From Octopus vulgaris (lineage: Eukaryota), in NCBI GenBank assembly GCA_951406725.2, contig OX597818.1:128898001-128962000 (forward strand): a DNA stretch of 64,000 nucleotides. Direction: 5' to 3'. Positions 11,670 through 25,495 of the stretch are shown in pieces. The notes below the pieces were generated by a model. It saw only the letters and a list, made by a program, of their open reading frames with translations, did not search any database and was not told where the DNA came from. A program made the translations under genes and the position numbers. Each line of letters begins with the position of its first letter. Within the stretch, counting starts at the first letter, position 1.

Positions 11670-12627
11670 TTATTATTGGATATTAAATTTGAGTTTATTC
11701 GTAAGATACTACTTAGCGATAGATTTGTTGTTTGATAGCAAGTATACGAGGTGTATTAAGTCAGGCTTTGTATATACATGTTTTAATAGTATTAATTGTG
11801 TTTTAAATTTATAATTAAATTAGATAAGCTTTGATATATTTCGACTAAAGATTGGTCCAGGCTATGTCTAATTTAATAGCATAACTTAGTTATTGTTTTT
11901 TTTTAAATTGATATTCGCTAGTTATTCCCATTCATAATTATATTTATAGTATTTATTCGATACTATATTACTACGAATTGATTATTTCTATAAGTATTTT
12001 ACATAAGATTTCCGAAAGTTCGTTTATTTGTATTTTGAAATTAGCTATTTCATCTTTAAATATGAAAAATTAATTTATTAGGTTTTTATTATATGTGCAT
12101 ATATATTTATTTATAGAGATTATTTTAGATCTTAATTATAATAATTATATACATTTATATATTTTCATTGATAATTTATATATAATAGTCATTTTTAAAT
12201 ATTTATGTAATTAGATATAGATTAATACCGATATTAGATTATTGGTGGGTTTCCTACCTTATAAATTAAAATTAATATTTAACATTATAGTCGATTTTGA
12301 TATAATCATAATTGTTAAGTTTTGTTTCTAGTTTGATAATAGAGTTTATTATAAGTAAAATTATTATATTATTTATATCTTAAAAATATTGTTTAAATAT
12401 TTCTGATTATATTTTAGATATTTCAATTAACCTGAAGATTGACTGTAACCATAACTCGAATTATTACGACTTGTACAGCCATGAAACGATCGTAGTGTTA
12501 TACTCTTTATCTTTTATTAAACTTTTAATACTTTAGATATATATCTAAATAATATAAATTAATTAATTTTATGTATTGGCTTATGTTTTTCATTGTTTGA
12601 TTTGCCTAATAGTGGTTTTATCTCTAA

Positions 12628-12630
<3 letters not shown>
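11670..12630 (+). mobile_element. AT-rich Penelope-like 3' fragment with a degenerate hammerhead motif at 12429-12497
   Basis: CTGAAGA..stem(tgactgta/tacagcca)..GAAACGATCGTA followed by ATTAAA, flanked by (TA)n; CpG-rich relative to its neighbours. Confidence 0.55.
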
Positions 12631-12687
<57 letters not shown>

Positions 12688-12899
12688 GTGGTGGTGGGGT
12701 TCCATTTACCAACTGCACTCACAAGGCTTTGGTTGGCCTGAAGCTAGAGTAGAAGACATCTGCCCAAGATGCCTTGCAGTGGAACTGAACCTAGAACCAT
12801 GTGATTGGGAAGCAAGCTTCTTACCACACAGCCATGCATGTCGCTAAAATTAAAAAATAAACATGCAATGAAATATTTACACTGAAATAGTTCTAATTG

Positions 12900-13220
12900 A
12901 GAAATTTTCCACCTTGGGGCCAATCAAGGAATCTCACATAAATCTTGGATAGCTCTGGATTGCCTACTGCTGCATATTGGGAGTGGACCCATTCAGAAAT
13001 GTCATGCTCATTATTCTCATGACTTTTAGTAAATTTACTGAGAGGCAATACCTACCTCTCTGCTCTCATTTTCTTCATCAAACAGTAAAAAAGTTGTTGA
13101 GAGCTTGGCCAGCAGAAAAGGCTCCGTTTTGAATTTTTTCAGTCTTGTCCACCATATTACCTCTTTTTCCATAGCCATTAAACAAGAAAAATGTTTGTCC
13201 TTCCTCCTGCCAAAGAATGC
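12900..13220 (-). mobile_element. Tx1/L1-clade LINE ORF2 C-terminal remnant
   Basis: Minus-strand MAMEKEVIWWTRLKK...MKKMRAER, homologous to the RTRLKG...LKRKIGLER end of the 32970-33525 fragment. Confidence 0.6.
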
Positions 13221-13499
13221 TTCAAATTTGGGAGAGGTGTACCAAGTTATGGTGGTGGTGGGGTTGATGAGAGTGATGCTGATGTAGTACCTGCCTAGTG
13301 ATGGTAGTGTGATTGTCCTGATGCTGTGTATGTGTGACTAGTATTGGTGGCAGTGGTATCATTGTAACAAGTGTTGATTATGATGCTGATGTTATTGTAG
13401 TTAACCTTCAACAAAGAGGCCTATTTACAAAAATATTCTCAACTATGACCATCATGTCTTTTTAATGATATGTACAAAAACATTATCAAAAAAAGACAT

Positions 13500-13795
13500 T
13501 CGAGCAAGGTCATTGCCAGTGCTGCTGGACTGGCTCCTGTGCAGGTGGCACATAAAACAAAACACTATTTCAGCGTGGCCGTTGCCAGTACTGCATGACT
13601 GGTCCTCGTGCCGGTGGCACGTAAACGCACCCATTACACTCTCGGAGTGGTTGGTTGGTGTTAGGAAGGGCATCCAGCTGTAGAAACTCTGCTAGATCAG
13701 ATTGGAGTCTGGCGCAGCCATCTGGTTCGCCAGACCTCAGTCAAATCGTCCAACCCATGCTAGTATGGAAAGCAGACGTTAAACGATGATGATGA
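13500..13795 (+). mobile_element. Repeat family D
   Basis: Same 3' tail as 2375-2640, ending (GAT)n. Confidence 0.85.
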
Positions 13796-13811
13796 TTTTA
13801 TTTCTTTAATA

Positions 13812-14660
13812 GGACAGGACCACACTATCAATGGAAAGTACTATGTTAGCTTCCTGAGGCAGTTACAAAAGGCTGTCAGGATCAAATGCCTATGAAAACT
13901 GACAAAAGGGGTTTCTTTCATCAGCACAATACTCCAATCTCTGTGGAGGCGCAATGGCCCAGTGGTTAGGGCAGCGGACTCGCGGTCATAGGATCGCGGT
14001 TTCGATTCCCAGACCGGGCGTTGTGAGTGTTTATTGAGCGAAAACACCTAAAAGCTCCACGAGGCTCCGGCAGGAGATGGTGGTGATCCCTGCTGTACTC
14101 TTTCAGCACAACTTTCTCTCACTCTTACTTCCTGTTTCTGTTGTACCTGTATTTCAAAGGGCCGGCCTTGTCACGCTGAATATCCCCGTGAACTACGTTA
14201 AGGGTACACGTGTCTGTGGAGTGCTCAGCCACTTACACGTTAATTTCACGAGCAGGCTGTTCCGTTGATTCGGATCAACCGGAACCCTCGTCGTCGTAAC
14301 CGATGGAGTGCTTCCCATCCACTCCAATCTCTGGTTTCAATGGCGGCTGTGCATGACTATGGCTTTCAACTGGTTGATTACACTTCTTATTTGTCCCCAT
14401 CTGACTATCATCTGTTTCCCAACATGAAAAATCATTTGCCTGGGAACAAGTATTGCGATGTTGATGATGTCATATCTGTCGTTGACGACTTTCTTTTATT
14501 AGTAAGATGAAAGCTTCATCACCAATGGGATCTAAGCACTGCAACACCAAAGGAAGAAAATTATGAACTGCAAGGGGAGCTATGTTGAAAAATAAACCTC
14601 GTTTGGTCACATTCCATGAGAATATATTGGCCACCCTATGAACTTTTCAACTGACCCCTG
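13812..14660 (+). mobile_element. Decayed mariner transposon 3' half (transposase pseudogene plus right TIR), interrupted by SINE B
   Basis: TINGKYY..LRQL..AV...LSPSDYHLFPNMK..L.G...KGSYVEK*, then aacttttcaactgacccctg|ta. Confidence 0.88.
13943..14315 (+). mobile_element. tRNA-derived SINE family B with target-site duplication
   Basis: A-box TGGCCCAGTGG, B-box GTTTCGATTCC; flanking duplication actccaatctct. Confidence 0.92.
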
Positions 14661-15039
14661 TATAAAGTTAAAATTATTGCTATCAACTCAAATGGATCAT
14701 TTGTTAGTAAATATAACTTATAATTAATAATAATACACCTTTCACTTGCTGAGAAGTTAGTAACATAAATTTTTATATAATTTTTCTCAAGTTTAATTAA
14801 TATGTAGATGAAATTTGTAACCCAGTTGATATAAGAGAACCAACTCACACATTTTGAAGTTAATTATCCCTTCTACTGCAATGTTGTACAATATTTGCAT
14901 GCTTGTCTCTGTCTATCTATCTATCTATATGCACATGCTGCACTATTTGAGCCCAAGGTTTTCCCCTGTTCTATTTTGATTTCTATTTTTGCAAGTTACT
15001 ATTCCATGACATGTGTTCATGTGTGTACAGACACAATAC

Positions 15040-15052
15040 ACACATTGATATG

Positions 15053-15101
<49 letters not shown>

Positions 15102-15970
15102 TATATATATTTATTTATTTATTTATTATATGCACACACACAAGCATGCACAAACACATGTGCAATCACACACACATCTGCAAACACACATGCACATACA
15201 TATATATTTATATACACATACACAGCTATATACATACATTCCTATATATATACATATTTTTTTTTATTAGGAATCCAAGCCCTATATGCATAATGTTTTC
15301 CGTATCTGGAAAGGAAAAATATTTCTGCTTAAATTTTAATTAAATATATGAAGAAGTTAAAATTTTAATTAATTAAACCTTTTACTAAAAATGTTCTTTA
15401 TTATAGTTAAATACATGGCAGATGTTAAATTTTAAAGATTAAAACTTTTAATGAAAAGTATTCATTATTATATTTTAATTAAATTCACCAAAGATATTAA
15501 AAATTTAATATTTAATTAAACAAGTGATTAATATTCTTCCCAGTTTTCTTGTGATTATGTGTGAGGGTGTGTGATGTGTACAAATATGCATGCATGTGCG
15601 TATATATATTTTTAGATGTATGTATGTATGTATGTATATATGCATAAACATATGATTGTATATATAAATTATGTGTTTATGTATATGTGTGTGTGTATAT
15701 ATATATATGTACATATATATGTATGTACATATATTTGCATATATATATGTACATATATTTGCATATATATATATGTACATATATTTGCATATATATATAT
15801 GTACATATATATATATGTACATATATTTGCATATATATATGTACATATATTTGCACACACACATATACATATATGTATATATATATATATATATATAACA
15901 AAAATACATATACTCATATGTTCATATCTATACACTCACTCACACACACAAACACACACACACTCACACC
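15040..15970. repeat. (TA)n/(CA)n low-complexity tracts including an atatgtacatatatttgc minisatellite
   Basis: Directly visible; source of the YIYI/HTHT ORFs. Confidence 0.9.
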
Positions 15971-16061
15971 TCTGACTTTACAAAAGGAGATAAAAATTAC
16001 TCAGTACATCAAATAGAAAGTATGAAACATATTTGCTTGCTTTTTAATTTTTATTATTTTT

Positions 16062-16146
16062 ATTTCAGAAGCCAAAACTTTACAGTGAATTATTTCAAGT
16101 GGTAACACACAGCTTAATTTCACTATGATGTCTTGGCTTCTGAAAT
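16062..16146 (-). ncRNA. Candidate pre-miRNA-like hairpin
   Basis: 85-nt imperfect foldback with a stem of about 30 bp; minus strand gives G:U pairs and a UGUG loop motif; no expression evidence. Confidence 0.3.
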
Positions 16147-16174
16147 TGCAAAACACACGCACAATATATATATA

Positions 16175-16705
16175 TTCTTTTATTTGTTTCACTCAATTGA
16201 AACCATTTTAAAGGGTTTTTAGTCAAAGAAATAGACTCCAGGATTTATTTTTTGTAAGCCTAGTACTTAATCAATTGGTCTCTCTTGCTGAACTGCTAAA
16301 ATATGGGGATGTAAACACACCAATATCGGTTGTCAAGTGATGGTGGGGTGACAAACATAGATACAAAAACACACACACATAAATATCTATATATATCTAT
16401 ATCTATCTATCTATATATATATACTTTATTTAAAGCAGCAGAAAATTCAAAATTACTCTACCACTGGTATTTGAGTACTCTTTTTTCCACCTTGTTTCAC
16501 ATTTATGTGTTTACTCCGGTATATATATATATATATATATACATACACACAATAGGCTTCTTTCAATTTCTGTCAACCAAATCCACTCACATGGCTTTGC
16601 TTGGCCCAAGGCTATAGTAGAAGACACTTTCCCAAAGTGCTACACAATGGGACGGAACCTAGAATCATGTGGTTGAGTAGCAAACTTCTTACCACACCTG
16701 CACCT
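16175..16705 (-). mobile_element. Diverged SINE family A carrying a Penelope-like terminal fragment (16425-16522) in its TA tract
   Basis: SINE A motifs on both sides; the insert matches 59366-59462. Confidence 0.7.
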
Positions 16706-16708
16706 ATA

Positions 16709-18035
16709 TATCTATATATATAGTAAAATGGAAGATGTGTGTGTGTGTGTGTGTGTACAGGCCTTTTTCTTGATCTTCCTTAAAATTAATATTGCTGATC
16801 CGATTTCATTCACACTGAGAACATACATCACCTAAGTTCCAGAGATGGTCATAGACTCTTCAAATTTTCCACATAATGAGTAATGCTGTCCCTAGGGGAT
16901 GAAAACACCATCTCATAGGTAAACAACAAATACCAACGACCGTTGCTTCAAGGAACATTACACTTGATGATGTAGTTATGCTACCTTCATTTTGTCTTCT
17001 ACTGCAGTTCTTACAATGCCCATTCACTGCAAACTGCTGATATTTGCACATTAGCACTTCTTTCAGGTAGCCATGCAATTTAAATCAACTTTTATTTATT
17101 AATTGCCTTCAGAAATTAATCCATATTATATATATTCTCTGCTTTTACTCATACCAAATTGTGACAGTTATACAGTTTTTACAATGCCCATTCACTGTAA
17201 ACTGCTAATATTTGCACTTTAGCACTTCCTTGAGGAAGCCATGCAGTTTAAATCAACTTTTAATTATCTTCTAAATACCTTAAGACAATGTTTAGCCAGA
17301 ATGCACTAAGGTTCAGATGTCTCAACCCTTCTTAAGGCCATTATGACAATTTTCAGAATCCACTCAGAGAACAATAGTACAACAAACATCACTCAAGCAT
17401 TCGACTTAACCTCCTTCTACCTTCACTTTGCAGATAATCCTGCAATGTCACCTAGGAGAAAGAGAGCTCGCATTGGTAGACTGACTCATGCTGCTGTCAA
17501 AGCCAGAAGATATCAGGATAAAGGCGGCAAGCTGGTAGAAATGTTAGCACGCCGGGCGAAAAGCGTAGCCGTATTTCGTCTGCCATTACGTTCTGAGTTC
17601 AAATTCCGTCGAGGTCGACTTTGCCTTTCATCCTTTCGGGGTCGATTAAATAAGTACCAGTTATACACTGGGGTCGATGTAATCGACTTAACCCCTTTGT
17701 CTGTCCTTGTTTGTCCTCTCTGTGTTTAGCTCCTTGTGGGTAGTAAAGAAATAGATATAAGGATAATGAAACTCAGGACCTGAGGTCCCACTGGCTGTCC
17801 CAGCAGGCTGCCTATGATGCCGCTGCCCATGCAGTACATGCACCTGTAACTTCTGTAACTGTTAAGGCTTCAAAGTATGAAGAAGAGCTTGTGGCCTGCT
17901 GAGCCTGTCATGCTGCAACTGCTGCTGCCGCCGCCAGGGCTACTGAGTCACCTCAACAACAGGTTATCTGGTTGGCATATCTTGCCAAAAATGCTTCAGC
18001 TGCAAACTCTCCACAACAGCACACAGAGTTGTTAG
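16709..18035 (+). mobile_element. Probable decayed Helitron 5' end with RepHel N-terminal remnant, interrupted by SINE C
   Basis: TCTATATATATAGTAAAA..(GT)n..gatccgatttcattcacact 5' end. MSPRRKRARIGRLT...RYQD|NETQDLRSHWLSQQ...ARATESPQQQ resembles Helitron N-terminal ET.EQR..RL repeats. Internal ~85-bp direct repeats at 17010 and 17178. Confidence 0.55.
17522..17753 (+). mobile_element. Young SINE family C with TSD
   Basis: ggcggcaagctggtagaa..GAGTTCAAATTCC..aaagaaata; duplication gatat(c/a)aggataa. Confidence 0.9.
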
Positions 18036-18426
18036 GAGGTTAGATAAAATATCTTACAGTATTCGTTCTGATCCCTGCACTTATGGATCAAATCCTGCCG
18101 AAGTCAACTTTGTCTTTCATCTCAATGAAAAGAAGAAAAAAAAAAAAACAGGTACTAATCTATGGTAGGTGACTGTCAAAACTGTTAGAGCATCAGACAA
18201 GATGCTTCATGCTATCAGTTCTAACTCTTAGTGTCTTGACCGCCGTACCATCAAGGAAACTGGTGTGAAGTCTAAAAGCGGTAGATTTTCCCATGGACAG
18301 CATTGGTGGCATGGAAAGAAGAGACCAGTATGCTTGGCCAATCTTGACTGCCTGAGGCTCCTCATTTTTATATGTAGTAACCTTAAAAATACTGGCAGAA
18401 TCATTAGGCTGTTGAGAAAAAATGCC

Positions 18427-19953
18427 TTGTTAATGTACATATTTTCTTAATTTGTTTGTTGTTTTTTTAACCGTTTTAACCTCACCAGAAGAATGATGCT
18501 CAAAAGATACACAAAGATCCCTTGCCGATGTGACATTTTGCACTTAAATACTCAACTGTCAGGTCATGTCACACCTTTACAAAATAATTTTATTTTTAAT
18601 AGTTTTAAATTAATTTTTAATTTTCTTGTCATAGATGGTTGTTTATATTCTTCTCATTTATATGGAATATTGGACTAAAAAAGAATTTTTATCTTCTCTT
18701 TTGTATTGTAGTGAAGAGCTGATAAAATATTTGTTGATAAAGCAATAAAAATCAACCATTTGCAATATCTATTTCAGATTTCATAAGAAATTTAAGGATT
18801 GTTTTGTTTTAATATAAATCTTTACAATATTTAAGGAAAAGCCTGGAATGAATCAAGATATTATGACCTGAAGTACAGAAATCATTTGATGTAACATAAT
18901 AATGGTTTCAAATTTTGGCATGGGACAAGCAGTTCTTGAAGAGAGGGGGAAGTTGATTATATCAATCCCAGTACTTTACTGGTACTTTGTTTATCAACCC
19001 TGAAAGAATGAAGGGCAAAGTCAGCTTCATTGGAATTTGAACTCAGAAATGTAAAACCAAAAGAAATGCTGCTAAGCATTTTGTTCAGCATGCTAATGTT
19101 TCTGCCTGCTCACCTCTTTCTAATTTTAGCACAAAGTCGGCAGTTTTGATGGGAGGGGGTCAAGTCAATTACATTGACCCCTATACTTGATTGGTACTTT
19201 ATTTTATCATCTCTGAGAGGATAAAAAAAAACTAAGTTGACCGCAGCAGGAGTTGAACTCAAAATGTAAAGTACTGGTGCAAATCCTGCATGCTGAACAA
19301 AATGCTTAGCAGCATTTCTTTTGGTTTTACATTTCTGAGTTCAAATTCCACTGAAGCTGACTTTGCCTTTCATTCTTTCAGGGTTGATAAACAAAGTACC
19401 AGTAAAGTACTGGGATTGATATAATCAACTTCTCCCTCTCCTCAAGAACTGCTTGCCCCATGCCAAAATTTGAAACCATTATTATGTTGCATCAAATGAT
19501 TTCTGCACTTCAGGTCATAATATCTTGATTCATTCCAGGCTTTTCCTTAAATATTGTAAAGGTTTATATTAAAACAAAACAATCTTTAAATTTCTTATGA
19601 AATCTGAAATAGATATTGCAAATGGTTGATTTTTATTGCTTTATCAACAAATATTTTATCAGCTCTTCACTACAATACAAAAGAGAAGATAAAAATTCTT
19701 TTTTAGTCCAATATTCCATATAAACGAGAAGAATATAAACAACCATCTATGACAAGAAAATTAAAAATTAATTTAAAACTATTAAAAATAAAATTATTTT
19801 GTAAAGGTGTGACATGACCTGACAGTTGAGTATTTAAGTGCAAAATGTCACATCGGCAAGGGATCTTTGTGTATCTTTTGAGCATCATTCTTCTGGTGAG
19901 GTTAAAACGGTTAAAAAACAACAAACAAATGAAGAAAATATGTACATTAACAA
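18427..19953. repeat. Long inverted duplication: arms 18427-19093 and 19288-19953, 194-bp spacer
   Basis: Arms of about 666 bp are reverse complements with scattered, mostly transition differences; explains the duplicated MMLKRYTK ORF on opposite strands. Confidence 0.95.
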
Positions 19954-20169
19954 AAGAAGGTTGATGACAAAAATACTTGTGGAAAATTTTCATTGAATTT
20001 AGATTAGGTTTGATGAAGACTCACAGGGATTACAGATAATCCAACTAAAATACAAAGTACACATCTTTATCAATGAAAATACTACTAAGGCTTTAGATAC
20101 AAAAAAAATATATACAGCAATGTTTTCTTTCAATAATACCATGATAAAACATGAAATTTTGAAGAATTC

Positions 20170-20207
<38 letters not shown>

Positions 20208-21159
20208 TAATAATAATGATAATAATAATAATGATAATAATAATAATATTAATAATGCTGATGATAATATATCACAAACTTCATGGGAATTATGATCAAA
20301 GAAACCAAAGTTTGAAAGAAAACTCATTTTATTGAAATTAGAAACTGCACCACTGACTATTTCAAAGAAACTCATGATTTCAGTCAAATTATGATTGATC
20401 TTCAATTTTTTTTTTTATTCAAGGAAAAATCTTTATTTCATTGACATTTATCAATGAATTGGTTAAAGTTTGAAGAAAAAGCATAGTTTTTCCTTCTCTT
20501 TCTTCACAGTAACTATGATTGATAGAAATCTAGTTATGATTTCAAGTGAAAGCAAAAATAATTATTTCATTGACAGTATTTGTCAACTTATTAAGGTTTG
20601 AGCTGGAAGGTCAGCCATCTTGTTTGAGTATATTTTTTTTTATTTCTAGTAAGAAAGCATTTATTGATGCACATTTATATATATATGTGTGTATATATAT
20701 GTGTGTATATATATATGTGTATATATATATATATATTTCTCATTAAAAATTATGGTCAATCTGGTTTGAACATTTGAAAAAGAAACATGCCCAAACATTA
20801 AAATTGCAACAGAATATCTGGAAAAACATATATTATTAGTAAAAATATAAATTTCAAAATAAAAATTTCTAAATCAAGAAATGAAATCTGAGGATGATTT
20901 AATGTTATGCCTCAAATTAAGAATGTTCCTTGGACTATCACAGGAAAATCTGAGAAAGGATTTCCTTTTGGCTTTCAACGGAAATTAAAAAGCAAAAGAG
21001 ATGAAAATACACATACGTACATGCATACACATGGTGACACACGCATGTATGTATGTACATATGTATGTATGTATGGATTGATGAATGTATAGACATGGAT
21101 GCACACACAAAGCACTCATTTAAGTAATGAAATAAGAATACAAAGGAAATTAAAAATTC

Positions 21160-23355
<2,196 letters not shown>

Positions 23356-23358
<3 letters not shown>

Positions 23359-23655
23359 TCATCATCATCGTTTAACATCCGCTTTCCATGCTAGCATGGG
23401 TTGGACGATTTGACTGAGGCCTGGCGAACCAGATGGCTGCACCAGACTCCAATCTGATCTGGCAGAGTTTCTACAGTTGGATGCCCTTCCTAACGCCAAC
23501 CACTCCGAGAGTGTAGTGGGTGCTTTTACATGCCACCAGCACGAGGGCCAGTCAGGCAGTACTGGCAACGGCCACACTCAAATGGTGCTTTTTATGTGCC
23601 ACCGGCACAGAGGCCCGTTTGTTGCTCAGGCAATGATCATGCTCGTATGGTACTC
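23356..23655 (-). mobile_element. Repeat family D
   Basis: Reverse complement of the 13500-13795 type. Confidence 0.85.
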
Positions 23656-24041
23656 TTAGTGTATGTGTATATGTATGTACACTCATATGTCATTATTTAA
23701 TGACCATTTTCCATGCTGGCATGGGTTGGACATATATCACACACACAAACAAAAAGAGATAGATAGTAAGAATCAGAAATTGAAAAAGAGAAAGAAAACC
23801 AACAGAGTTATAGTGACTTTAGTTAAATTGGATGATCAACTACAATGCAATTAAGATAGGACCACCAAGTGTGAGTGTAGTTTATGCCAGGAGTAGGAAG
23901 CTGAAGTGTGATAGAGGGGCAAGCACAGGTGTTTTGCTATAGAGGAGATACACGGTAACATCACATTATGTGATGATGGTACAGAGTAGCTAGAAGGGAG
24001 ATAAAGATGGTGGTGATGGAGTGCCAGAGTGTGTACTCAAG

Positions 24042-24270
24042 ATACCTATTTCTTTATTACCCACAAGGGGCTAAACACAGAGGGGACAAACAAGGACAGA
24101 CATAGGTATTAAGTCGATTACATCGACCCCAGTGCGTAACTGGTACTTAATTTATCGACCCGAAAGGATGAAAGGCAAAGTTGACCTCGGCGGAATTTGA
24201 ACTCACAACGTAACGCAGACGAAATACCGCTAAGCATTTCACCCGGCGTGCTAACGTTTCTGCCAGCTCG
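24042..24270 (-). mobile_element. Young SINE family C
   Basis: Reverse complement of the first unit at 24765. Confidence 0.9.
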
Positions 24271-24658
24271 TTGAAACCACAACCTTACTAAGCCACGTGC
24301 CTTCACATTTTTTGTCTATGGACCCCTTTAATTCCTATTTTACTCAAACAAGAGGACCCTCATAGCCACTCAATATCTAAAAACTCCTTGTATATTTTCA
24401 TGACTAATTATTTTTAGGAATTGTATACAAAAATGTGTAAATATTTTGTGTATTGTGAATATATAACCATTTACTTCGCAAAAATGTTAAGAACAAAATC
24501 TTGGAATGACTCCCTCTCCCAAAAATGGGCCATATGGATCTTAGTTGAGAACCACTGATGTAGAGGCTACCATATCAGCTTGAAAATGATAATGATGATG
24601 GTGGAATGATTATGGTGGTGGTCTCAGATGGAACAAAGCCAACATTCAACAGCTTATG

Positions 24659-25495
24659 TAAATGTTTAGCATTCAGATTACTCTGTCAAATGCAATGCTT
24701 TTTTATTCACATTGTCTTGAATTAGCCATGCGTTGTCTCATAGCTTTGAGATTTCAATGGTATGAAGGCAGCGAGCTGGCAGAAACGTTAGCACGCCGGA
24801 TGAAATGCTTAGCGGTATTTCGTCTGCCGTTACGCTGTGAGTTCAAATTCCGCCAATGTTGACTTTGCCTTTCATCCTTTCGGGGTCGATAAATTAAGTA
24901 CCAGTTCCGCACTGGGGTCGATGTAATCAACTTAATACCTATGTCTGTCCATGTTTGTCCCCTCTATGTTTAGCCCCTTGTGGGTAATAAAGAAATAGGT
25001 ATTTCGTCTGTTGTTACGTTGTGAGTTCAAATTCCGCCGAGGTCGACTTTGCCTTTCATCCTTTCGGGGTCGATAAATTAAGTACCAGTTATGCACTGGG
25101 GTCGATGTAATCGACTTAATACCTATATCTGTCCTTGTTTGTCCCCCTCTATGTTTAGCCCCTTGTGGGTAATAAAGAAATAGGTATTTCGTCTGTCGTT
25201 ACGCTGTGAGTTCAAATTCCGCCGAGGTCGACTTTGCCTTTCATCCTTTCGGGGTCGATAAATTAAGTACCAGTTCCTCACTGGGGTCGATGTAATCGAC
25301 TTAATACCTATATCTGTCCTTGTTTGTCCCCTCTATGTTTAGCCCCTTGTGGGTAATAAAGAAATAGGTATGATGGTTTATTTTTAGAATGACAATGTAA
25401 AGTAGGTGCGATAGGCCAGATCTGGCTGGGTTGAACATAGAGTGGTTAGAATATTTGGGCAGAAGGAGATAGCCAGTAAAATGCTAAAGGGTTAA
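24659..25495. mobile_element. piggyBac-like MITE hosting the SINE C trimer
   Basis: Right end aatgctaaaggg|ttaa and degenerate left end taaatgtttagcatt (inverted tttagcatt/aatgctaaa). Confidence 0.6.
24765..25368 (+). mobile_element. SINE family C trimer: one head plus three tandem ~184-bp bodies
   Basis: Units start gtatttcgtctg at 24815, 24999 and 25184; flanking duplication ggtatga. Confidence 0.92.

Noticed and set aside
13943-14020. tRNA genes at the heads of SINE A, B and C copies
   Set aside because: A and B boxes are present, but each runs into a conserved SINE body with TSDs and no complete cloverleaf is evident.
18493-19993. Two copies of the MMLKRYTK... ORF as a small gene pair
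   Set aside because: They are a by-product of the inverted duplication and show no recognisable protein features.
20025-20044. Possible 20-nt minus-strand microexon (ttttag|...|gtgagt)
   Set aside because: It is not frame-preserving and shows no Fuzzy similarity; such splice-site pairs arise by chance in AT-rich DNA.
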